The position numbers were made by a program, and so were the translations under genes. From positions 576,001 to 640,000 of the forward strand of contig CBDCGL010000011.1 in assembly GCA_965216755.1 (NCBI GenBank): a DNA stretch of 64,000 nucleotides, read 5' to 3'. Positions 9,144 to 18,180 of this stretch are shown one piece after another. The stretch is from Alphaproteobacteria bacterium (GTDB lineage Bacteria; Pseudomonadota; Alphaproteobacteria; UBA7887). Position 1 is the stretch's first letter; every line of letters starts with the position of its first letter. The notes under the pieces were generated by a model. That model made no database searches, was not told where the DNA came from, and saw only the letters and a list, made by a program, of their open reading frames with translations.

Positions 9144-10289
9144 TTACAACAGCGCGCGATTGTTCATGTAGCCCTGCTCGGCGTACGGCCCGCGATCCAT
9201 GGCGTCCGCGCGAAACGTCGACCAGCTTTCATAGATACGTTTGTTAAGTTCGCCTTCATTGGCTGTTTCCGCGACCACATCGTTGGCGGCCTCGAAAGCG
9301 GCTTTGATCACGTCAGCTGGGAAATTCGAGATGCTGACGCCGTGATCGCCCACCAATACACGCTGCGCCTCACCGTTGCCTGCCGTAAACTCGGCCAATG
9401 TGCGCGGATATTCGGCGGAGCAAGCGTGTCGTACGATGTCTTGCAATTCGCTATCTAGGCTATTCCACGCATCGAGGTTAATCATGCATTCCAATGCTGA
9501 ACTGGGCTCATGAAAGCCGGGGCCATAGTAATATTTGGCGACCTTATGGAAACCGAAGGCAAGGTCGTTCCAAGGGCCCACCCATTCAGTGGCATCGATC
9601 GTGCCGGCTTGCAGCGCCGGCATGATCTCTCCACCGGGTAAATTCACCGCGGTACCGCCAAGGCGGTTGATCACTTCGGCGCCGAATCCCGGTATGCGCA
9701 TTTTGATCCCGTTGATGTCGCTCAGGCCGTTGATCTCTCTTTGAAACCAACCTCCCATCTGCACGCCGGAACCGCCTGCCAAGAACGCGCGCAATCCAAA
9801 CTCGGCGTAAAGCTCGTCCCACAAGGCCTGCCCACCACCGAAATGGATCCAAGCCGCATGCTCTTGCGCCGTGAGGCCGCCGGGGACCGTGCAAAAGAAT
9901 GGCGTGCTCTTATTCTTGGCAACCCAATAATATGACGCATCGTGACTCATTTGCGCGTTGCCTTCCCGCACCGCGTCGAATGACTCGAACGCGGGGACCA
10001 GTTCCCCGGCAGCGTACAACTTCACAATCAAGCGCCCACCGCTCATGGCCGTAATCGAATCGGCCAAACGCTGCGCGCCCGTGCCAAGGCCCGGGAAGTT
10101 TTTGGGCCAGGTCGTGACCAATTTCCATTCCTGCAGGCCGGTATTGACGGACGGGGCGTCGCTCGGTTGAGCGGGTGTCCCCGAATTCGCGGACTCCTCC
10201 GACCCTTGATCACAGCTTGCCAATCCTGCGGCGGCGGCGATGGCGGTGACGCCCAATGCGCTTTTTGTCAGAAAATCCCGTCGGTCCAC
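9144..10289 (-). CDS. dctP: TRAP substrate-binding protein (TakP-like), Tat lipoprotein
   Basis: DRRDFL Tat motif, GLAS-C lipobox, WKLVTTWPKNFPG, KMRIPG and EWVGPWND. Confidence 0.92.
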   Translation of the reverse strand: MDRRDFLTKSALGVTAIAAAAGLASCDQGSEESANSGTPAQPSDAPSVNTGLQEWKLVTTWPKNFPGLGTGAQRLADSITAMSGGRLIVKLYAAGELVPAFESFDAVREGNAQMSHDASYYWVAKNKSTPFFCTVPGGLTAQEHAAWIHFGGGQALWDELYAEFGLRAFLAGGSGVQMGGWFQREINGLSDINGIKMRIPGFGAEVINRLGGTAVNLPGGEIMPALQAGTIDATEWVGPWNDLAFGFHKVAKYYYGPGFHEPSSALECMINLDAWNSLDSELQDIVRHACSAEYPRTLAEFTAGNGEAQRVLVGDHGVSISNFPADVIKAAFEAANDVVAETANEGELNKRIYESWSTFRADAMDRGPYAEQGYMNNRALL

Positions 10290-10341
10290 TGTCGCCTCCG
10301 ATGTTTTGCTCCACTCAAACGTGGGCTGGTTTGCCGAGAGT

Positions 10342-11436
10342 CTACAAATCCCGCTGATTCATTGCGCCCTGTTCGGTGTATGGTGCCAGCGTTGCCACGC
10401 GCTTGCGAAATGCTGACCAGCTCTCGTAGACACGTCGATTGACGTCGCCGAGCGCCGCGGTTTCCGCGACGACCTCCGCGCTCAATTGCAGCATGCGGCG
10501 GACCACTTCGTCTGGAAAATGCTCCGGCATGATGCCATGACTGTTCACGAGCGCATTCAGAGACTCGGCATTGCCGGCGGTGAACTCCGACAACATGCGC
10601 TCATTTTCCGCGCCGGCCGCCGTGGCGATGAGCGCCTGTTGCGTCGGTTGCAAGCTATCCCAAATGCTGCGATTTATCATCAGTTCGATCGACGCGCCCG
10701 CCTCATGGAAACCGGGGCCATAATACAAATTGGCGACCTTGTGAAAGCCAAACGCCAAATCTGTCCAAGGGCCTGCAAATTCAACCGCGTCCACGACACC
10801 CGACTGAAGGCTGGTGAGGATCTCGGCGCCCGGCATGTTGATTGACACGCCACCGGCGCGATTGATGACTTCGCCGGCCAAACCCGGGATGCGCATGCGC
10901 AGGCCCTGGAAGTCGTCTATCGAGCGGATTTCGCGATTGAACCAGCCGCCCATTTGGGTGCCGGTGTTGCCGCATGCAAACGCTTTCAGACCATACGCAC
11001 CATAGATTTCGTCCCAAAGTTCCTGACCACCGCCGTAGGCGATCCACGCATTGTGTTCTTGCGCGACAAGACCACCGGGAACGACGCCAAAGAAGGCGAT
11101 GCTCTTATTCTTGCTCATCCAGTAGGCCGCGGCCGCGTGACCCATATCGGCGGTGCCTTCGCGAACCGCATCGAACACTTCGAAAGCGGGTACAAGTTCT
11201 CCGGCGGCAAACAGCTTCACCTCGATGCGGCCGTCAGACAGTGTCGTGATTGCGTCTGCAAGTCGTTGAGCACTCGTTCCGAGACCCGGAAAATTCTTCG
11301 GCCAACAGGTCGCCATACGTAGGCGCAGACGCCCCTGCGCGATTGCCGGAGCGGCCAAGGTCGACGTGCCCACCACAACGCTGGCCGTCGCCGCGCGCAA
11401 GAAGCCGCGGCGGTTCCCGATCATGTTTGTTGGCAT
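10342..11436 (-). CDS. dctP: TRAP substrate-binding protein (TakP-like), Tat signal
   Basis: NRRGFL Tat motif, APAIA-Q cleavage site, WPKNFPG, GNTGTQMGGWF and RMRIPG. Confidence 0.92.
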   Translation of the reverse strand: MPTNMIGNRRGFLRAATASVVVGTSTLAAPAIAQGRLRLRMATCWPKNFPGLGTSAQRLADAITTLSDGRIEVKLFAAGELVPAFEVFDAVREGTADMGHAAAAYWMSKNKSIAFFGVVPGGLVAQEHNAWIAYGGGQELWDEIYGAYGLKAFACGNTGTQMGGWFNREIRSIDDFQGLRMRIPGLAGEVINRAGGVSINMPGAEILTSLQSGVVDAVEFAGPWTDLAFGFHKVANLYYGPGFHEAGASIELMINRSIWDSLQPTQQALIATAAGAENERMLSEFTAGNAESLNALVNSHGIMPEHFPDEVVRRMLQLSAEVVAETAALGDVNRRVYESWSAFRKRVATLAPYTEQGAMNQRDL

Positions 11437-11446
11437 TGGAAAACCC

Positions 11447-12592
11447 TTAGATATCGGCCAAGTCCCGATTGCGCACGAACCCGTAGTCGGATAATGGCGC
11501 GTAATCCATGGCGCGTTTTCGGAACGCTGACCAGCTCTCGAAAATGCGCCTGTTCAAGTCCCCTTCGGTGGCCGTTTCCGCGGCCACATCGGCCGAAATA
11601 CGAAACATTTCCTTGATCACGCTGTCGGGGAAATTGCGTTGGGTGACCCCATGTTCGTCCAGCAACACCGGCAGTGTTTCACTGTTGCGCGCGAGGTACT
11701 CGGCCGGGCCCATGAGGTGGGTGTCGTGACATGCGGCGCGAACGATGGCCTGCAGATCCGACGACAGCGCATTCCACGCGTCCAAGTTGATAAGCAGTTC
11801 ATTCGCGGTTGAGCCTTCATGGAATCCTGGCCCATAGTAATATTTCGCGACCTTATAGAACCCCATCGCCAAGTCGACCCAAGGCGATACCCACTCCGCG
11901 GCGTCGATTACGCCCGATTCCAAAGCCGGCATGATTTCGCCTGCCGGCAGATTGACGGCCGTACCGCCCATGCGATTGATCACTTCGGCCGCCAATCCGG
12001 GAATGCGGATCTTAATGCCGTCAATATCTTCCAGGCTGTTGATTTCCTTTTGGAACCAACCGCCCATTTGAACGCCCGTGTTTCCCGCCATGAAGCCGCG
12101 CACGCCGAAGTCGGCATAGAGCTCGTCCCAAAGGGCCTGGCCGCCGCCATAGGCGATCCAGGCATTGTGCTCCATCACCGTAAGACCGCCGGGCACAGCA
12201 CAAAAGAAGGGGATGCTCTTGTTTTTGGCCACCCAATAATAGGGCGCGTCATGTGAGCATTGGGCTGTGCCCTCGCGCACGGCATCGAAGGATTCGAACG
12301 CCGGCACCATCTCACCCGCCGCGAACAGCTTCACGGTCAGGCGGCCACCCGACATGGCCGTAATTTGGTCGGCCAAGTACTGTGCGGTTGTTCCGGCACC
12401 CGGAAAGTTTTTCGGCCACGTCGTGACCATTTTCCACTCGTGATATTGACCGACAACCCCCGGCGCAGTACCCGGTGATTGCGGTGTGCCGACTTCCGGA
12501 ACCCCGGCATTGCCACGCATGGCTGCCCACGTCACCGCCGTGCCGGCGGCGGCCCCAAGCACCGCGCCCGTCACAAATTCACGACGTTTCAA
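11447..12592 (-). CDS. dctP: TRAP substrate-binding protein (TakP-like), Tat signal
   Basis: KRREFV Tat motif, WKMVTTWPKNFPG, GNTGVQMGGWF and KIRIPG. TTG start after AGGGAGGGG. Confidence 0.92.
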   Translation of the reverse strand: MKRREFVTGAVLGAAAGTAVTWAAMRGNAGVPEVGTPQSPGTAPGVVGQYHEWKMVTTWPKNFPGAGTTAQYLADQITAMSGGRLTVKLFAAGEMVPAFESFDAVREGTAQCSHDAPYYWVAKNKSIPFFCAVPGGLTVMEHNAWIAYGGGQALWDELYADFGVRGFMAGNTGVQMGGWFQKEINSLEDIDGIKIRIPGLAAEVINRMGGTAVNLPAGEIMPALESGVIDAAEWVSPWVDLAMGFYKVAKYYYGPGFHEGSTANELLINLDAWNALSSDLQAIVRAACHDTHLMGPAEYLARNSETLPVLLDEHGVTQRNFPDSVIKEMFRISADVAAETATEGDLNRRIFESWSAFRKRAMDYAPLSDYGFVRNRDLADI

Positions 12593-12632
12593 GGCTGCCC
12601 CCTCCCTGTATTGTCCGACAGTGCGTTGATTC

Positions 12633-13376
12633 TTAACGCCGGTCCGTGCCCCCTTCCGCCTGCAACGTTCGCCAACCGTTGTGTGTCAGGGCCTCCAGTG
12701 GCTGAAATCGCTCTTTGTAAGCCATCTTCGGTGCTTGGGCGATCCAATAGCCGAGATATACATATGGCAAACCGAGGATCTTGGCCCGTTCGATGTACCA
12801 CAGTATGACAAACGTACCGGTGCTGGTCGTCAAGCGTTCAGGGGCGAAAAACTTGTAAACGCCGGAAAGGCCGTCTTGAAGACGATCCGTCAGTGAGACG
12901 GCAGCCAAGCGATTCCGTGCGTCGCGAAACTCAACCAAGCATGTATCAACGGGCGTATCCTCCACCATTGCCCGATAGTCGTGGAAATCCATCAACGCCA
13001 TTTCGCCATCGCCATGGCGCACATGCTCGTAGCGTTTGAACAGGGCGAATTGCTCTTGCGTGGCAAACGGCGCAATTTCGCGCCATGTCAGGTCTTGATT
13101 GCGCCGCACCACGCGGCGCATTGACTTGGTGAGCTGAAAGTCCGCGGTGCGCACGCGTACGGGAACGCAAGCTTTGCAGGTCGGGCAGGCCGGACGATAG
13201 GCAATACTATGGCTTCGCCGAAATCCAGCCTGGCTCAAAATATCGTGCAGGCTATCGGCGTCGGCGCTCGCCAGTTCGGTGACGGCTTTCGACTCCGATT
13301 GCCCGGCGATGTATGGGCATGGTTGCGGCGCCGTACCATAGAAAAACTGCAATTTTCTCGGATCTGCGTTTAGCAT
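12633..13376 (-). CDS. bpt: Aspartate/glutamate leucyltransferase (ATE-like arginyl-tRNA-protein transferase family)
   Basis: PCPYI, GFRRSHSIAYRPACPTCKAC, RHGDGEM and YVYLGYWI..KMAYK. Confidence 0.9.
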   Translation of the reverse strand: MLNADPRKLQFFYGTAPQPCPYIAGQSESKAVTELASADADSLHDILSQAGFRRSHSIAYRPACPTCKACVPVRVRTADFQLTKSMRRVVRRNQDLTWREIAPFATQEQFALFKRYEHVRHGDGEMALMDFHDYRAMVEDTPVDTCLVEFRDARNRLAAVSLTDRLQDGLSGVYKFFAPERLTTSTGTFVILWYIERAKILGLPYVYLGYWIAQAPKMAYKERFQPLEALTHNGWRTLQAEGGTDRR

Positions 13377-13416
13377 CGGCTGTTCTGGTTCACCGCTCTG
13401 CAGTGTGCTGTTCTAT

Positions 13417-15297
13417 CTAGGCCGACCATATCTGCAGGCCATAATACCATGGCACGAAAATCGAAAAAGCGACCCATACCAGAAACGTAAGCGGTAATCC
13501 GGTACGCACAAAATCGATCATGCGATAGTGTCCAGGCGCCATCACGAGGAGATTCGTCTGATAGCCAATGGGCAACACGAAGGCACAGCTGGCACCGAAT
13601 ATGATCGTATAGAGAAACACGGCCGGATCGGCGCCCAGGCTGTGCGCGGCGCTGATCGCGATGGGCGTGAACAGCACAGCCGACGCATTGTTGCTCAGGA
13701 CATTCGTCAAAAGGGCAACCAGACCGAAAAGCACAACCAAGACCATCCCGGGTCCATAACCATGCACGGTCGTGAGAATAGAGTTGGCGATGAATGCGGC
13801 GCCGCCAGTTGCCTGAAGTGCCGCGCCGAGGGCGAGCGTTGCCGCCACGGTCATGACAACCCGGCTATCGATCGCGCGGGCTGCTTGGCGGATGTTGAGA
13901 CATCCGGCCAGCACCATGGTACAGGCGCCAGCAAAAGCCGCAACAACGATCGGTACCAATCCCGATGCGGCGGCAACCACAACAGCCCCGAAGATCAGCG
14001 CCGCGCGGCGAGCATGGTCGTAGCTAGGTAGCGCTGTTTGCGACCATTCGATCAGCAAAATGTCGCGATTTTCGCGCAAGGCGCGAACCTTCTCCGGCGG
14101 ACCCTGGATCAGCAATACGTCACCGGCTTCAAGCCGGATTTCGGTGACTCGGGCGCGTATCATGCGCGTGCGCCGTTGCACACCCAGCACGATGCATCCG
14201 AGTTGATGGCGAAAGCCGATCATCTCCAGATCGCGACCAATCAAGCGCGATGCGGGTGTCACCATGACCTCCGCCAACGCCTGCTCGCCACCTTGCCATG
14301 GCGCTTTGTCGCTACCGTCCGGGCTTCGCTCCTGGGCCCGAATCTGCCGTCGGGTAAAACTCGGGTGCAGGGCGCGCGGATGGCGCGCCAGGGCATCTGT
14401 AAGAGCTTTGCGCGTGGCCGCCACAATGACGACGTCGCCCGGTTCAAGGGCAAAACCCTCAAATGGCGGCAAGATGGCATGTTCGCCGCGCTGGATTAGA
14501 CGGACCGTCATTTCCGGTAATTGCCGAAACATACCAGCGATCGGCCTCTCGCCGACAAGACTTGAGCCGGGTAGCACCTCCACCTGGGCGATAAACTGCC
14601 GTCCACCCACCGCCAGATGTCGTGCCATTGGCGCCCGGTCCGGCAATAGTCGTGGCGCAATCAAAATCACATAAACAAGCCCGGTGGCGGCGATAACGGC
14701 GCCAGGCACAAGAAAATCGAAAAATCCGATACTGGGTTCGCCCAGATCGGCACCGACACCTGACACCAAAAGATTGGTGGAAGATCCGATCAACGTGGTC
14801 ATGCCGCCAAGCATGGACGCGAAGCTGAGCGGGATCAGGAGGCGGCTGACCGAAATTCCAAGCCGCTCGGCGAAGCCGGAAATCACCGGAATCATGATCA
14901 CCACGACCGGCGTGTTGTTCAACACGCTCGAAACTGCACCGGCCAAGATTAGACTGATCGCGAGACCGCGTGTTGCACTGCCACGGCTGAGCAGATGAAG
15001 GCCGGTTGCGGCACCCTCTAGGGCGCCGGTCTGGATCATCGCCTGGCCGATCACCAGCAAGGCCAGGACCGTGATCAAGGCCGGATTGGCAAATCCCTCC
15101 AGCAAGCGTTTCGCGTCCAAAACGTTCACGCCGTCGGCGTCGATCACCGGTGACAGCTCAAAATAGACCAGCAATATGGCGAGAATAGCTGCCGCTGATG
15201 CCTGCAGCGGCAGTCGCTCCAGGGTAAAGGCACCGATGGTCAAAATGACCAAGGCCAATGTCACCCACATCTGAATGTCGGGACCAGACGCGATCAT
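13417..15297 (-). CDS. SLC13/DASS family permease with two TrkA-C domains
   Basis: LNNTPVV, TTLIGSSTNLLV, LSNNASAV and PIGYQTNLLV. The central soluble region contains TrkA-C repeats. Confidence 0.9.
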   Translation of the reverse strand: MIASGPDIQMWVTLALVILTIGAFTLERLPLQASAAAILAILLVYFELSPVIDADGVNVLDAKRLLEGFANPALITVLALLVIGQAMIQTGALEGAATGLHLLSRGSATRGLAISLILAGAVSSVLNNTPVVVIMIPVISGFAERLGISVSRLLIPLSFASMLGGMTTLIGSSTNLLVSGVGADLGEPSIGFFDFLVPGAVIAATGLVYVILIAPRLLPDRAPMARHLAVGGRQFIAQVEVLPGSSLVGERPIAGMFRQLPEMTVRLIQRGEHAILPPFEGFALEPGDVVIVAATRKALTDALARHPRALHPSFTRRQIRAQERSPDGSDKAPWQGGEQALAEVMVTPASRLIGRDLEMIGFRHQLGCIVLGVQRRTRMIRARVTEIRLEAGDVLLIQGPPEKVRALRENRDILLIEWSQTALPSYDHARRAALIFGAVVVAAASGLVPIVVAAFAGACTMVLAGCLNIRQAARAIDSRVVMTVAATLALGAALQATGGAAFIANSILTTVHGYGPGMVLVVLFGLVALLTNVLSNNASAVLFTPIAISAAHSLGADPAVFLYTIIFGASCAFVLPIGYQTNLLVMAPGHYRMIDFVRTGLPLTFLVWVAFSIFVPWYYGLQIWSA

Positions 15298-15309
15298 CTG
15301 CTCACGTGA

Positions 15310-15750
15310 TCAGTTTTCGGGGAGCAAGAGTTGCCTAACAGAATCTGGCAGCGGCGTCGACTGTCGAGTCTCTAGATCGATGAAGACCATCACGGCACTT
15401 GCCGTTGCCGCGCATTGGTCATTCTGAAAGATGGCCTCCGCAACTGTAAATGAAGAGCGCCCCAGGCTGAGGACCCGCAGGCCGGTCTGAACTTCGCCTG
15501 GGAAATGCAATTCATTCAGGAAATCGATCGAAATATGCGCCAACACCACGTTGTCTGGCGCCAACGCGGATTGTTGACCGAAACCATCGAGCAAAGCGAT
15601 GCGCCCAGACTCGAAGAATCGTGAAAACATGGCGTTGTTCACGTGCCCCATGGAATCAAGGTCGCCCCAGCGGATAATATCGCGCCGCCAGACTACGTAG
15701 CTGGCCGGGTTTGTCGCCTCGAATCCGGCGATTGCGGATGAGTCAGGCAT
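15310..15750 (-). CDS. Acyl-CoA thioesterase (4HBT/YbgC hot-dog family)
   Basis: IRWGDLDSMGHVNNA signature. Confidence 0.9.
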   Translation of the reverse strand: MPDSSAIAGFEATNPASYVVWRRDIIRWGDLDSMGHVNNAMFSRFFESGRIALLDGFGQQSALAPDNVVLAHISIDFLNELHFPGEVQTGLRVLSLGRSSFTVAEAIFQNDQCAATASAVMVFIDLETRQSTPLPDSVRQLLLPEN

Positions 15751-15828
15751 AGGGTCATCATGGTGCCGCTACACGATATTGCCAAGCATGTTCCGGCCTT
15801 GACAAACAATCATTGGGAAGACGGGGAA

Positions 15829-17130
15829 TTGTCCGAAGTGCCTGGATTTGGGGGTCATGCCGAGTCCTACTATGCGGCGACGGCCGCCAAGAACATGGAA
15901 AATTGCCACGCACCGTTGGCCGGCAACGCGACGGCTGATGTGTGCATTATCGGCGGTGGGTTTACCGGAATCTCAGCTGCGCTGAATCTCGCGGAACGCG
16001 GCTTTTCCGTGATCGTGCTAGAGGCGCGACAGATTGGCTGGGGAGCGTCCGGGCACAACGGTGGCCAGGCGATCCTCGGCTTCAATCGAGAAATGTCCCA
16101 TCTCGAGAAGACACTGGGCCAAAATCCAGCTCGGGAATTGTGGTCGATGGCGTGCGAGGCGATCGACATCATTGACGACCGGGTGAGGCGCCATGATATC
16201 GCCTGTGACCTCAAATGGGGACAACTGCACGCCATAACCAAATCCGGCCACATGGACGGGTATGTGCGCGAAGTCGCCCATTTGGCGAATACATATGGGT
16301 ATGACCGGCTGGCGCTGCTGGACCGCGGTGGCGTTCGTCAAGCGGTGGCGAGTGATCGCTACATCGGTGGCGTTGTTGACAAGGGGTCGGGGCATCTCCA
16401 TCCGTTGAACTATGTCCTCGGCCTAGCCGGCGCTGCCCGAGCCGCAGGCGCAACAATCCATGAAAACAGCGCCGTTCTCAAGGTCAACCTGGAGGGTGCA
16501 CAACCCGTCGCGGCAACCGGTAAAGGCAGGGTGGGGGCCGATTTTTTGGTGCTTGCTGGGAATGCCTATCTAGACGGTCTTGGATTGGATCTGCACCGCC
16601 GAATCATGCCTGTGGGGACCTATATTTGCGCGACTGAGCAACTTGGTCCGCAGCGGGCGGGGAAGCTGATCCCCGACGACGTGGCGGTTACCGACGACCG
16701 ATTTGTCCTCGATTATTTCCGGCTGTCCGCCGACCATCGCATGCTGTTCGGTGGCGCTGTGAGCTATTCAACCCACCAACCAGCCGATCTACGCCGATAT
16801 ATGCGCCGCAGAATGCTGCGCGTGTTTCCGCAATTGTCGGACGCCGAGATTGCTTTCGCGTGGGGCGGTCTCGTCGCCATTACCATGAACCGTTTGCCGG
16901 ATTTCGGGCGTGTCGGCGACCGAGTGTACTATGCCCACGGATTTTCGGGCCATGGCGTCGCGCTGACCGGCCTTGCCGGAAGACTGATCGCTGATGCGAT
17001 CGCGGGTCAATTGGAGCGTTTCGATGTGTTCGCCCGCATTCCGCACCGTGATTTCCCCGGCGGCAAATGGATGCGCACGCCGATATTGGTTTTGGCGATG
17101 GCGTGGGCGCGACTGCGCGATCTATTGTAG
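15829..17130 (+). CDS. puuB: FAD-dependent oxidoreductase, gamma-glutamylputrescine oxidase-like
   Basis: SYYAAT, IIGGGFTG, GWGASGHNGG, GHLHPLNY, DYFRLSADHRMLFGG and GFSGHGV. Start uncertain (TTG 15829 preferred over ATG 15760). Confidence 0.8.
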   Translation: MSEVPGFGGHAESYYAATAAKNMENCHAPLAGNATADVCIIGGGFTGISAALNLAERGFSVIVLEARQIGWGASGHNGGQAILGFNREMSHLEKTLGQNPARELWSMACEAIDIIDDRVRRHDIACDLKWGQLHAITKSGHMDGYVREVAHLANTYGYDRLALLDRGGVRQAVASDRYIGGVVDKGSGHLHPLNYVLGLAGAARAAGATIHENSAVLKVNLEGAQPVAATGKGRVGADFLVLAGNAYLDGLGLDLHRRIMPVGTYICATEQLGPQRAGKLIPDDVAVTDDRFVLDYFRLSADHRMLFGGAVSYSTHQPADLRRYMRRRMLRVFPQLSDAEIAFAWGGLVAITMNRLPDFGRVGDRVYYAHGFSGHGVALTGLAGRLIADAIAGQLERFDVFARIPHRDFPGGKWMRTPILVLAMAWARLRDLL

Positions 17131-17201
17131 AAACGATGGCCGTCGCCATCAGTTTCGTGGCGGCGAAATTGTCGCAATGTCGAACCGCAAGGATCTGTGG
17201 C

Positions 17202-18086
17202 ATGTCGCGTTGGACCCTTCGTCGTCAACAATTCCGCGCATTGCTGGCCGGCGAGCGTTGTATTCACCCGGCGTCGGTCTATGATCCGGTCTCTCTGCGC
17301 ATTGCCGAGGACCTCGGCTTCGAACTCGGCATGTTCGCGGGGTCGGTCGCGTCCATGACCGTGCTTGGCGCGCCGGACATGATCGTCCTCACGCTGTCGG
17401 AGTTCGCGGATCAGGCCTATCGGATTTGTAGAGCCGGCACCTTGCCGTTGCTGGTAGACGCAGATCACGGCTATGGCAACGCCCTGAATGTGATGCGCAC
17501 GGTGGAGGAACTGGAGAACGCGGGCGTCGCCGGTGCGTCTATTGAGGACACCGAATTGCCACGTAACTTTGGCACCGATGATGCGCCAAGGCTGATTTCT
17601 GTCGACGAAGGTGTCGGCAAAATCCGTGCGGCCGTCGAGGCGCGTAATGATACTGATTTTGTGATCGCAGGCCGGACAAGTGCCGCAGCCTTGACCGATG
17701 TTGCCGATGCCATCGCGCGCGCAAAGGCCTATGAAGCTGCTGGCTGCGATGCCGTATTTTTTGTTGGTGTGCGGGCGCGCGAGGACTTGGATGCGATCGC
17801 CGAAGCCGTGAGGTTGCCCTTGATCCTGGGCGGCGTCGGCGCGGAAATCACGGATGTGGACTATCTCAGCGCCCGGGGTGTCCGCGTGTGCTTGCAAGGG
17901 CATCAGCCATTTGCTGCCGCGGTCGAGGCGGTCCATCGTACGATGTCGGCGTTGCGCGGAGGAACATCGCCGGCCGAGCTCACGGACATCGCGCCACGGG
18001 ACTTGATGCGTCGTGCGACTCGCGGCGATGACTACGACAGCTGGGTCGAAGCGTTCCTTTGCCCGGCGGCGCGCGATGAGCGCTAA
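17202..18086 (+). CDS. Isocitrate lyase/PEP mutase family enzyme, oxaloacetate decarboxylase-like
   Basis: ASVYDPVSLRIAEDLGFE, LTLSEFADQ and VDADHGYGNALNVMRTVEELE. Confidence 0.85.
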   Translation: MSRWTLRRQQFRALLAGERCIHPASVYDPVSLRIAEDLGFELGMFAGSVASMTVLGAPDMIVLTLSEFADQAYRICRAGTLPLLVDADHGYGNALNVMRTVEELENAGVAGASIEDTELPRNFGTDDAPRLISVDEGVGKIRAAVEARNDTDFVIAGRTSAAALTDVADAIARAKAYEAAGCDAVFFVGVRAREDLDAIAEAVRLPLILGGVGAEITDVDYLSARGVRVCLQGHQPFAAAVEAVHRTMSALRGGTSPAELTDIAPRDLMRRATRGDDYDSWVEAFLCPAARDER

Positions 18087-18180
18087 CCCTGCCGCACAGA
18101 AGATGAGATTCACCTATAATCGATAGGGTTATGGATGATCGAACCCGGCAGGAGGCGCACGTGTCTGAAAGGATGACGGC

